DNA from: Caecitellus pseudoparvulus
Taxonomy: Eukaryota > Protista > Bigyra: Bicosoecida
DNA: 64,000 bases
NCBI GenBank assembly: GCA_965644315.1
Contig: CBFFRQ010000069.1
Location: 744,001 to 808,000, forward strand
Direction of reading: 5' to 3'
The translations under genes were made by a program, and so were the position numbers. Shown in pieces: positions 31,425 through 42,052 of the stretch. The notes under the pieces are model-generated. The model was not told the DNA's origin, ran no database searches, and saw only the letters and a program-made list of their open reading frames with translations. Position 1 is the first letter of the stretch. Each line of letters opens with the position of its first letter.

Positions 31425-33188
31425 ATGGCAGACTCCCACCCGGAGGATTTCTTGGGCCTGCAGCACGCCCAGGCAGGCACCGGGTCATCAAAACCATGCG
31501 AAAAAACCCGCGTTGGCACTGCAGAGTTCGAAGGGGGTGCTTTCTCAGAGCAAGACGAGGTTCGCGCTGAGCACGGGGTCCCGGCTGGCGCAGGCAGCTG
31601 CACGCATGCCCGACTAGCGGGCGGTGCCGTTGGTGCAGGCGACAGTAAAAGGTGCACAGGCTTTGAGCTCCAGGAAGGAGGGACTGCCTCCACTGCTGCG
31701 GGTGCCTCTTTGCCTTCCTTGGCCCTGGCCCAGTCGCGCACTGGTGAGTCGGCCTTCCTCCCCAGTCCCTTGGCCCGCAAGCGGCCAAAGGCGAGCCGTT
31801 CGTCATCGCCAGGTGATGTGACAGAAAACGAGGAGCAGATCCTGTCAGTCTTTCAGAGTGCGAGGGGTTCCGCCGCCCCCGCGGGGTTGTCAACTATTCT
31901 GAAGTTGAAGGTGCGCCTTCTGCCGTCGTTGCACCCACTCTTCACAACCGTGCGGGACTTGGTGCTCACCCTGGCCAGCATGGCCCGACGCACAGTGCTG
32001 AGAGTGGAGGGAGAGAGCGTGTCAAGTACCTCTGATGAATGGCTCGTGCTGCCTGAGCTGTCATCCTCGCTGCAAGCTGCGGGGCTCTTGCCAGAGCAGG
32101 TGCAGTCCAAGCGCACAGTTGTTTTGAAGCTCCGAGTCGTTTTCGGAGGGGTGCTGCCAGACCCCCCTCAGGCTGTGCCTGTCGTTCCAACACCCAAGGC
32201 CTTCCACCACCGCCCACTAGGAGCTCCGCTCAACGGCCACTCCGGGCCACGGCGAGCTGCTGGGGCCAGCGACGGACATGTGTCCGGCACTGCTGATAGC
32301 CTTGCGACCGGAGATGCCAGCAGTGCCCACCAAGCCCTCACAGAGCTTCCCGCAGCATGCATGTCAGTGGCCCAATCGTGGAGTGCGCGTGTGTGGGACT
32401 TGGACCGGCGGCTGGCGCTGCCAGTCCACCAGCCGAGCCTCACAGCAGTGATCAACGCAGTGCCATGGCAAGCCTTGTTGCAGCCTGAACAGGCTGGTGG
32501 CAGTGCCCCCCTCTGTGGCGTGCTGCTATTTGCAGTGAGCGTGTCCAAGGCACCCCTGGGCTTGGAGCTTGGCTGTGAGGTGTGGCCTCAGGCGGAGCAG
32601 CTACCGCAGCTGGCGGCAGCGTGGGTGGCGACGCACCCCGGCAGCTGCTCCGCGCTGTGTCCTGAGCAGTCTTCGCCCTGGGACGCTACAACAGCGTCCT
32701 TCCTCCCCACACCAACTGACCCGACTACAGCATACTTCCTTGCGAAATCCCGCGCGGGCATCGCAGCGGAGGCAGTGATGGTGCACAGCGTGCATGTTGC
32801 TCCGCTGCACGTCGTGCACGTTCAAGCCCTCACTGCCGCCTCGCCCTTGCGCGGCATTGTGCGCAATGGAGACGTCTTGGTGGCTCATGGGCGCCAAGCT
32901 TCATCCGCTGCTTGGCCTCAGCACGAGGCTGCCGCTGACAGCAGCATAGGCGCCGAGCTGTCTCGAACCTGCATAGACGGCACTGTCACCCTGCTGTTTC
33001 AGCGCTTTGTGGGGCACGCCGACGCGGCCGCTGCGACAGCAGAGCACATCACTGGCATGTCCATGCAAGGGCTTGGGGTCGGTGGCGAGGGCGGCGTCCA
33101 GTGCAGCGTGCTTGCAGCTTGTGCTGACCAGGCTGCAGCTGTGGCGGCCGTGGAGCAGCACCTAAGCACCGTCTGCGGCGAGGCATGA
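31425..33188 (+). CDS. Hypothetical protein with a possible degenerate, split PDZ-like domain
   Basis: Long ORF, with a plausible ATG at 31425. Motifs: SVSKAPLGLEL ... VHVQALTAASPLRGIVRNGDVLVAHG ... VTLLFQR. Confidence 0.5.
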   Translation: MADSHPEDFLGLQHAQAGTGSSKPCEKTRVGTAEFEGGAFSEQDEVRAEHGVPAGAGSCTHARLAGGAVGAGDSKRCTGFELQEGGTASTAAGASLPSLALAQSRTGESAFLPSPLARKRPKASRSSSPGDVTENEEQILSVFQSARGSAAPAGLSTILKLKVRLLPSLHPLFTTVRDLVLTLASMARRTVLRVEGESVSSTSDEWLVLPELSSSLQAAGLLPEQVQSKRTVVLKLRVVFGGVLPDPPQAVPVVPTPKAFHHRPLGAPLNGHSGPRRAAGASDGHVSGTADSLATGDASSAHQALTELPAACMSVAQSWSARVWDLDRRLALPVHQPSLTAVINAVPWQALLQPEQAGGSAPLCGVLLFAVSVSKAPLGLELGCEVWPQAEQLPQLAAAWVATHPGSCSALCPEQSSPWDATTASFLPTPTDPTTAYFLAKSRAGIAAEAVMVHSVHVAPLHVVHVQALTAASPLRGIVRNGDVLVAHGRQASSAAWPQHEAAADSSIGAELSRTCIDGTVTLLFQRFVGHADAAAATAEHITGMSMQGLGVGGEGGVQCSVLAACADQAAAVAAVEQHLSTVCGEA

Positions 33189-33222
33189 ACCCCGCCAACG
33201 AGGGGGCAACTCCGTGAATTTC

Positions 33223-34417
33223 TCATTTGGGTGAAACAAAGAGGGAGTCTGTGCGCATGCGGTCCGTCGCAGCCACGAGGCCGTCAATGAGACCCGGCTC
33301 CGAGTCACTGTGCCCCGCGTCAAACACGAACTGCAGAGTGGAGTGCGGCAGGCGCTTGTGCAGCTCCAGAGCGGCGCGTGGGCGGCAGACGATGTCCTGG
33401 CGCCCGTGCACGATGGCGGTGGGGATGTGCTCGATCCTGTCTGTGTGGCGCAGCAGCCAGGGGAGGTTGCCGTCCAGGCTGCCTGGGCCGATGTTCTGCA
33501 CAGGCGGCTTGGCCGGCGCGAACGTGGGCGGCGCGCCTGCTTTGTCGGACGCAGAGCCGTCCTCCTCATCTGGGCCAGGAAAGAAGCAGGCGTGTTTGAA
33601 GTACCACGTCTCAGCCCGGGCAAAGGGCAGGACGAAGGCGTCGTCCTTCAGCAGCTCTTCCAGGGCAGCGGCAGGCGCCTGCTTCAGGGTGGAAATGGAC
33701 ACCTCCCACCGCACGAATTCACGGGCAGCCGGCAGGGCCACCGCGAGGTCTTCCGAATTCACCCGGGTGCAGTAGGCCGCCAGCAGGGAGTGCCGCTCAC
33801 AGGCTGGGATGTGCCCCGCGTACGCTTCCCACGCGTCTGGGTACATCTCAGAGGCTCCGCCCTGTTCAAACAGCCACGCCATGCTGTCCCCATCGCCCAC
33901 GAACACGCCGCGCAGGACCAAGCTGCCGACGCGGTCAGGGTGGCACACAGCGTACGACAGGGACAGGCAGCTGCCCCAGGAGCCGCCCATGACCACGTGC
34001 CACTTATCCACGCCCAAGTGCTCACGCAGCTTCTCCAGGTCTTCCACCAAGTGCCACGTGGTGTTGTCCTGCATGAGGCCGTTGGGCTTGCTGCGGTTCG
34101 CGCCGCGCTGGTCGTAGAGGACGATTTTGTAGAAGTCAGGGTCAGCGTACCGGCGCATGCGGGGGGAGCAGCCAGCGCCAGGACCGCCGTGGTTCAGCAC
34201 GATGGCTGGCCCGGCAGCGTTACCGCACACTTCATAGTACAGCTCATGCTTGTCAGAGACCTTCAGATATCCGGTCTCGAATGGCTCACATGCAGGGTCT
34301 GTACATGCGCGCGTGCACGCCGCGTGAGGCACTGCTTGCTGCATTGGCGTGGTGCGGAAAAAGCCACGCACACAGCTCGCGTCGGGCGGCACTCGTCTCA
34401 GAGCTGGCAGCGGCCAT
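33223..34417 (-). CDS. pip: Proline iminopeptidase (peptidase S33, alpha/beta hydrolase)
   Basis: Splicing gives MAAASSETSAARREL|YPACEPFETGYLKVSDKHELYYE. Motifs: HGGPGAG, YDQRGANRS, GGSWGS (nucleophile Ser), HGRQDIVC (Asp) and DAGHS (His). Confidence 0.95.
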
Positions 34418-34866
34418 GGTGGGCGTGGGAGGCACGGATGTATCTGCATGTTTCAGTCGGCGGGAGTGAGTAGCTGCGCTTGCCCCGGCTTTGACGTGGG
34501 GTGCCACGCACCGCTGACGAGTTGAGGTTGGCCCAACTGCTCCAAAACCTGGCTGAGAAGCAGAAGCCGAAGCACTTGGGGTGCAACAAGTCCGTCGAAA
34601 ATACTTGGTTCAGATGGATGTGCCGCCAGGTCATGCGAAGGTTTGTTGTTTTGGCTAGCTAGTAGCTACTGCTGCGTGCGCCTCGCACGGCCAGCATCGC
34701 ATAGCTGCGAGGAAGACACACCGCGGCGCCACATTCCAATACCCGAACCATCTCGTTCGCGCCCGCTCATGCGCTGGCATGCGAGAGGTTGAGGAAAGCC
34801 TCGAGCGCCCCGCGGCAGTGGACGGCGAGACGGTGATCACGCTCCCTGTTGTGAGAGCCCAGCAAC
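34418..34866. promoter_or_regulatory. Probable bidirectional promoter region (pip / SET-cyclin-CDK fusion)
   Basis: About 450 nt separate the divergent start codons. Inferred from gene layout only. Confidence 0.4.
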
Positions 34867-37800
34867 ATGGCGACCAGCGTCGTGCTTGACGCGGCGCAGC
34901 ACAAGCGGCGACTGTTGTCCGAGAGCGCGCAGTATGAGACAGTGACTGAGCTGATTTACACAGCCCGCGACCGCAAGGCCTTGACACAGGAGCAGGCAGA
35001 GGAGATGAGCTGTGCCTGTAAGCTGCAGGAGGGTGAAGGGCCCATTTGCTGCTCTGAGCAGTGTGTGAACTTCTCCAGCCGGACAGAGTGCCCCCTAGGA
35101 ACCTGCAGCAAGAAGCGGTGCTGCAACAAGCGGTTTCAGCGCCAGGCGTGGGCAAACGTGGAGAAGTTCGCCGTCCGTTGCATGCGTGTGGTCCAGCTCA
35201 AAAACCGCACTTCCGCACAAGCGCCCTCCTTTGCCCTTGCAGACGGATGACAAGGGCCACGGCGTGCGGACGCTGCAAGAACTGAAGAAAGGGGACTTCA
35301 TCATGGAGTATGTTGGGGAGGTGATCTCGGAGGAGGAGTACAAGGCGCGCATGACCCAATACTTTGCTCAGGTGAGGCAGCGGGCCTGCCCCAAGCAGCA
35401 TTGCGGCGCTCAGCACTGGCACCCTCCCCATCGCACAGGGCCGCATGCACTTCTACATGATGTCTCTAGGGGCAGGGGAGTACATCGATGCTGCCTTGCG
35501 TGGCAATGCCATGCGCTTCTTGAACCACTCCTGCTCATCCAACGTGCAGACGGAGGTGTGGCAGGTGGGGCCAGAGGAGCGCGTGGGCGTCTTTGCCACG
35601 GCAGACATCCCGGCAGGCACCGAGCTGACGCTGGACTACCAGTGGCAACGTGTGGGGCACAACCGCGTCCCGTGTCGTTGTGGTGCCCCCAATTGCCGTG
35701 CCTTCCTCGGCGCCACAGAGGAGGGCTTGCAGGCCAGTGTCCCCCTAGCCGTGCCCCCGGGCCCATTCGTGGCCCCCACCGCTGCTGTGAAGCAGGCAGG
35801 GCACGGCTTGGACGACTGCTTCCTGCAGGTTTGGCTGCCCCTTGCAGCTGCCGAGGCGTACCAAGCGGGCAGCAACAGGCGAGAGTGCCTGCTGCCTGGT
35901 CTGCAAGACATGACCCCTGCCGGCGCGACATGGGCTGCTTTGGCCTCTGCTGCCACCCCTCCACCACCGGCGCCCCAAGGCGCCCCTCACGAGGGCTTCC
36001 ATGCCGGCGGAGGAGGCATGGGGGGGTGGTTCCTTGGGAAGGTCCTGGCCTTCGACGAGGTGGCTGGAACCCACCGCGTGCAGGTGCTGGCTAGCCAGCG
36101 GTGGGTGACCCTGCACCTGCAGGGGGGCGTGTCACCGTCCACGGCCGCCACCGATGCGACATGGCCCTGGCTGTTGTTGGACTCACCCGCTGCAGCGGTG
36201 CGGGTGGCAGCCACGGCACCCGTGACCTCTGCCGCAGATGAGCCGGCCCCTGCCGATTTGGCAACACCCGCTGGGGAGGAAGCTGGGTCTGGCCCAGCAG
36301 GGGAGGGCCAGAGTGCCACGCACCAAGCCGTGGGCAGTGCTTCAGCCCTGCAGGCCTGGTCGGGGGGCTCTCGCAGCCTGGATGCTGCGGCACTGGCTGA
36401 CTCGGCTGTGCGCATGAGTGAGTGGCATGCCTCCCAGGCCGCCCAAGCCGCCCAGGCAGCGGAGCAGGCCCAAGAAGAGAGGCTGCGGGCCGAGGTGGCT
36501 GCACAAGCCCTGCAGCAGCGCCTGCACATGTCCGCTTCGGCGCTGGACGGGGAGGGGGACGTAACCATTGGTGGCGGCTACAGCAGCAGGGACGCCTTCG
36601 CAGCATATGCTCAGCAGCAAGCGGCTGAGCAAGCCGCCGCTGCGGCAGATGCCGCCGTTGCCGCCCAAGAGGCTGAGGCTGCCGCCGCAGCCGCCCGCAA
36701 GCGCAAGCGGGAGCAACGCCGACAGGAGAAGAAACAGGAGGCGTCACAGCGCAAGGCCGACCGCAAAGTGATGAAGGCGGCCGCACGGGCGGCGCGCAAA
36801 GCGGGGGCTGGCGCAGTGCGCTCTGCCACCCTGACTGCCGTGGGCAGCAAGTCCAAACCCAAGTTTAGGCCCGCGCCTGGCACGCTACTCCCTCTGCCCG
36901 TCTCTGTGGAAGACTTGGAGGCGAACGAAGGGCGCCTGCCAGATATCATGGCAGACCACAACGAAGACGCAGCCATGCCTGCCTTTGGCCTCAGCGCGCC
37001 CTTTGTGCCAAGCTGGCGCATGACGTTGGCGGAAGCGGTGAACAGCACCCCAGCGAGGGCCAGCGGCCTGGGGCCCGCAGAGGAGCAGCGACTGCGCCGG
37101 GCGTGCATTGCTCTGACCATTCGGGCCGGGGCTGCAGCCCGTGCGCCACTGCCGCTCCTCTTGCACGCCGCAGTGCTGGTGGTGAGGGGGACCAGCTTGC
37201 GCTCGCCGGCGGGACTTCAGCCGCGAGCAACTGCAGCGGCAGCTCTGCACTTCGCAGGCGCCGCATCACACCAGCACGCCTTGGGCAAGGCTGCAGCTGC
37301 GTGGCACGCAGCGCGGGCAGCTCTGCGTGCCAGCACACCTGAGGGGCAGTGGGGGCCGCTATGGGAGTGCGCAGTGGAGGCCACCACCCCCGTGTCCCCT
37401 GGGCAGGCAGTGCAGTCAGCAGTGCACTTCGCAGCGGAAGTGGGCAGGGTGAGCACCGCCCAGCAGGCCCTGTCCTTGGCCCTGCGCCTTGACACGGGCT
37501 GCGCTGACCTGAGCCACCTCCTCGTTACCGGATTGGCTTCGGCAGTGGACAGGCCAGCCCTACAGTCTGCGTTGCAGAGTGCCACAGAGGCTTCAGCGCT
37601 CAAGCACATGGCTGCTGCAGCCTTGCTCATGCTGGAAGGCCAAGGTGGCATTGCAGCCGCTGTGGCGTCCAGTCTGGGCGGGCAGGCTGTGGACTCTGTT
37701 TCTGCCTTGCTCGGCGTCCCGCTGCCCGCCGGCGCGAAGCAAGCATACACCGTGGCTGCCAAGTCCGGGGACTGGGCGCCCCTGGCATCTTTCGTGCAAG

Positions 37801-40607
37801 AAGTGGCAAACGCAGACGCTTGGGCAGGTGGGCTGCAGCTTGGCGTTTTCGAGGCTATCCTAAGCATGGCTGTGCACGTGTGCGGGTTGGCCGACCTGGC
37901 TGTGGCGCCCCACAACTTCATGCTGCACACTCCACCAGCTTGGGCTGTTGGCGTCGCCTACTGCACCCTGGCGCACCTGCAGAGCATGGCAGGGCTGGCC
38001 CAGGACACACTGCCTTGGACGGCCCCCTTTCCTTCAGAGCCGCAGTTCATGTGGCTGGCGCCAGTGGGAGGCATGCCGCCTGCAACCGCTCTGTACCCGT
38101 GCACCAACAAGCGGGCGGCTGCAGCAGCCACTTCAGCGGCAAGGAAAGCTGCCCGCTCGCCGCAGTGCGTGGCAGTGAAGGCGCCTGCAAAGCCGGATCG
38201 GGTGGGCGGCCTGTCCAAGGCACGGGAAGCACTGGCTTCCGCCCCCCAGCGAGTGGACGTCCTCGACGCTGCCTGGGCGGCAGCCACCATCGCTGCCACA
38301 TTCATGCGCACAGATGGCCTGCCGGGTGGTTCGTCTCCGAACCTTGGCGTGTCGGCAGTGACTTTGGCGGTTGCCGCGCCGGGGGGCTCGTCAGACCTGC
38401 TGGCACAACCGCCCCAGGAGTGGGGTGTCGAGCCTGGCGCGCTACCCACAGCACCAGCGCTGGCGGCGGCTGCGCGACGCATGTTGGAGGAGGCACTGGG
38501 CGGCGAGGAGCCTGACGGCGACCCCTTCGCGCAGGCCTTGGAGGCAGCATGCCAACGCCCAGGCCTACCACGCTCCGACGATGGCCAGGCCCAGACGTTC
38601 CTCACCAGGGCAGCGGATCCCCTGGCGGCGCCACGCACTGCTCGTGAGTTCCACTTCCTTGATCAGCTGGCGCCTGGGTGGTTTGTCGCCCGGGACTTGC
38701 GGTTTGGCCACAGCACCTTGCTAGGCGATGCACCCGGCTCCTCTGCAGCCCCTGCGCGGTCCCGTCTGGTCCTGCTTCAGCAGCTCCCTCGCTCGCCAGC
38801 ACCAGCTCAGGCTACCGAGTCTGTGGCAGACGCCGACTCAGCTGCAGCTGAGCCCGACCAGCTGCTTGAAGCAGCGAGCCCTCCAGGAGGTATGCCGCGC
38901 CTTTCGGATAGCGAAGCTGCTGCCACGACGATAATGGGCGACCAAGCGGCGGCCTTCGCACAGCTGAAGGCCGCACACGGCTTTTTGGGCGAGATGGTGA
39001 AGGGCGACGCCGCACCGCAGATGGCAGCCCACCCGCTGCAGACCGCCAGCATGACTGCACCCAGCGCCAAGCGCCCTCGTGGGGAGGGCGAGGTAGGCTC
39101 ACCCCAGTGGGCTGTGCCCCCCGGCGCGTCGCTGCGTGATGCCAGCTCAGAAGGCGTCACTGCTATCGCAGGGTGTGGCGTGGGCACTGTGCCAGCCCTG
39201 CGTCGCAACCCACATGTGTCTGCTCCTCTGGAGCTGGTGCTCGGGCGTGGTCTCGTTGAAGCAGTGGGCGGACACGGCCCAGGGAGTGGCGTACAGGCGC
39301 CCCCGCCCAGTCTCCAAGCCTTCTTCGCTGCGCCGCAGTCGCAAGGTGGGGCTGCAGGGCAACTCATCGCTGGACTAGGCCAAGCAGAGCTTCAAGAGGA
39401 CTCGTACCTCGTGTACGAATACTCGGCACACACCCTTGCAGGGCTGGCTGCTGCGCGTGTGCACCTAAGCTTGGGACAGCTGCAGCGTGTGGGGTACCAG
39501 TTGCTGCGGGGCGTCGTGCGCTTGCATCAGCAGGGACTGCTGTTTGGTTGTTTGAGTCCGGATGCAGTGGGGCTCACCCGGGATGGGCTGGTGAAGGCGC
39601 TGCCTCCGCAGGGCATGCTGTGGGATTGGGATGTCAAGACGCAGCAAGGCTTGATGAAGGAGGTGGCTGGAGGTGCCACCCGCGCTGGGCGCGACGCCCT
39701 CAGCCGTCTGCCTGAGCCAGGACAAGGCGTGCAGCCAGATTTGTTGCCGCCCCACGCCCTACAGTGCTTGGCACCAGAGCTGCTGCTCGGGTGCAGTATG
39801 CCCTTCCCGTCATCGGACGCATGGAGTGTGGGGTGCACTTTGGCTGCCATGGCGTTGGGGCGCCCCCTCTTCCCCGGCAACACCGCCCAAGAGGTGTTGG
39901 AGTCCATCTCGGTGTTGGTAGGGCCTGTCCTCAAGCGCTGGCCTGCGGCCAAGTACTTGCCACTCTCCAAGCTAGCCTCGGTGGCACACCAGGCGCGCAC
40001 AGCGGCCAAAGCTTCAGCTCCGTCCGGCGCCCTGCCCCGGCTAGAAGAGACCCTGCGCAGCGCTGGCATGCCCAAGGCGCTCGTCAAATTACTGCGTGAG
40101 CTGTTGAACTTGGACCCCACTGCCCGTCCGGATGCGCGCAGTGCCCTGGCCGGCGCCTTCTTCAAGGAGTTCGTGCCGTTGGCCCAGCCAGCCCTTGCGC
40201 GGTGGGAGGGCGACGTTGGCACTCACATCGCAGGCACGGTGCTGCTGCCAGGCAGCCGATCTGAGAGCTTGATCACACCCACTACCTTCCGGGCGTCGTT
40301 GCCCTACTCGAAAGCAGAGTTCCCTGATGTCCCTCCACACAACGAAGGTGGGGAGGTTCCGCCTGATGCACCCCCCGTAGCACTTGCTGGGGCAGAGGGC
40401 GTCCCCAAGGGGGTCGGGGATGTGGACCCCTTTCCGTACTTGAGACCATGCCTGCTGAACCGTGGCGATCCGCTGGCGGTGGCAGCCGCACGCAGCGCGG
40501 AAGCAGCCGCTGCGGCGCTGCCCACCGCCCAATCTGGCTCTGGAGGTGCAGCTGCGGCTGCGGTGACGGACGCCCCTTTTGTTGCTTTCTCTGCTTTCAG
40601 GGGGTGA
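34867..40607 (+). CDS. Multidomain fusion: AWS-SET-postSET (Set2/ASH1-type histone methyltransferase), Tudor-like domain, cyclin T/K-like region and CDK9/12-like pseudokinase
   Basis: Three exons (introns 35173-35242 and 35372-35438). The last exon is one uninterrupted 1720-codon ORF. AWS Cys cluster; SET motifs KGHGVRT..FIMEYVGEVI..YIDA..GNAMRFLNHSC..ELTLDY; postSET CRCGAPNCRAFLG; cyclin-like WRMT..NSTPARASGL..EEQRLRR; kinase-like YLVYEYSAHTLAGL..APELLLG..DAWSVGC..PLFPGN..LLNLDPTARP. Confidence 0.85.
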
Positions 40608-40610
40608 CGC

Positions 40611-40618
40611 AATGCATT
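40611..40618. promoter_or_regulatory. Candidate bidirectional 3'-end processing element AATGCATT
   Basis: The palindrome lies between convergent stops at 40607 and 40638. The same octamer occurs at 42038-42045 and 54002-54009. Function is inferred. Confidence 0.4.
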
Positions 40619-40637
40619 GGCGGTGACGTAGCCTGCA

Positions 40638-41818
40638 TCACCGGGCTTCGCCTGCTGCTGCGGCATACTTGGCAGCGATGCTGTCCACCAGGGCCAGCTC
40701 TGCTTGAGCCGTGGCCAGCTCTTCCTGAGCAGCCTCGAGCCCGAACTTCGTCTGGCCACCCTTCACAGCAGCGAACTCGTTGACGATGTCAGTCAGCATC
40801 AGCACGCGGGTGCGAAGCTCGTCGTGCCCGTCCTCTGCATCCCATCCGTTCTCCGCCACCCATTGCTCCTCCTCAGGCGTCAACTCGACACTCGCTCCAC
40901 CTGCAAAGGTGCCAGCGGATCCCTGCTCCAGCAGATCTCCAACTTCCGCGGCAGTCAACTCGCCACGTTGATAGGCGGCAAGACGCAGCTTGGCGTCCAG
41001 GCCCTCGGGCGTGTCCTTCAGAGTCCACGAGCGCTTGGCCTTGGCCTTCAAGCCTTTGTAGCGCGGGTCAGTGGGGAAGCCAGGCTGTGTGTAGAATGCC
41101 TCTTCGTTGGGTGCAGAGGCAGCAGCGCCGCCTTGCAGCCCGTTGCCGAGGCCGAAACCTCGGGGCCGGTGGTGTGAGAGGTTCGGCGTGTGCACGAAAT
41201 CCTTGGCCATGTGGCCCAAGTTGCGCTCGTACGTAGCATCGGTGTGTTGCAGAAGCTGGGCTGGCTTGTACTTGTGCGTATCACCAGCGGTGGTCTGGGG
41301 AGGAAGCAGGGCAGCGCCGCGTGCCAGGGGGCCCAGTCAGGTGACCCCCGCCGTCAGCGCGCAGGCTGGCGTCTCGCACCACTCACGGCAGTTGGGGGCG
41401 TGTCTGTGGTGTGGTGCAGCCACAGGTGCCACTCTGCTGGCACGATGCTGGGATCAGCCTCGTAAAATGACGGGTTGCCAGCCAGCTCAACCCAGCGGTG
41501 TTGCCCTGCACAGCACCAGTGAGCGGGGTGTGGCCCTGGTGCCTCACAGGGCATGCTAGCTTCAGCGACTCACCGTGGGGGTAGTCCTTTGTGTTCTCAA
41601 AGTACTTGTTCCCCAGTGAATCCACGCCTGCGCAAGCCAGCGAGCGAGCAAGGCTCGTGCACCAGCAGCACAATTCCGCACCTGCCCCTCACTGCGTGCC
41701 GGCTGGGGGACTCACCAATGAGCGTTCCGAACTTGAGAGTTCGCTGCTGGTACAGCTTCCAGAAGGTACCCACCACACCGAACTCCTTGAAGGCACGAAG
41801 GAAGTTGCCGTGAGACAT
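40638..41818 (-). CDS. NDUFA12: Complex I accessory subunit NDUFA12 (B17.2) with a long C-terminal extension, 4 exons
   Basis: The spliced product reads ...KFGTLIG|VDSLGNKYFENTKDYPH|GQHRWVELAG..VPAEWHLWLHHTTDTPP. It continues in frame through a GTGAGT..CCCAG intron into HTPNLSHHRPRG... and on to the stop at 40638. Confidence 0.9.
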
Positions 41819-42052
41819 CGTGCCACTCTTGCTGCGATGTGGAGTGTGTGGAGCAGCTCAGCAAAGCACAGCGCCGAGTGAGTGCGTGCAGCGCAGAGAG
41901 TGCCGCACTTGTCGAAAGGCGAACGAAGGAGCACACATGTCAGCGTTGTGCACTGGCTGTGGAGTTTGTATTCCGGCGTTCCCTGTCCCCCGAGCCTCAG
42001 GACGGCGCTGGGGCTGTCCCGCACCCGGCAAAGCAGGAATGCATTGAGCACG

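Noticed and set aside
33470-33580. Insertion of about 35 aa in proline iminopeptidase before the catalytic Asp
   Set aside because: The catalytic triad is intact, and low-complexity loop insertions occur in many proteins of this organism, so it is not distinctive.
6084-40607. CDC73 (PAF1C) in the same window as the Set2-cyclin-CDK fusion, suggesting an elongation gene cluster
   Set aside because: They are about 27 kb apart with unrelated genes between them. Co-location in a compact eukaryotic genome is readily explained by chance.
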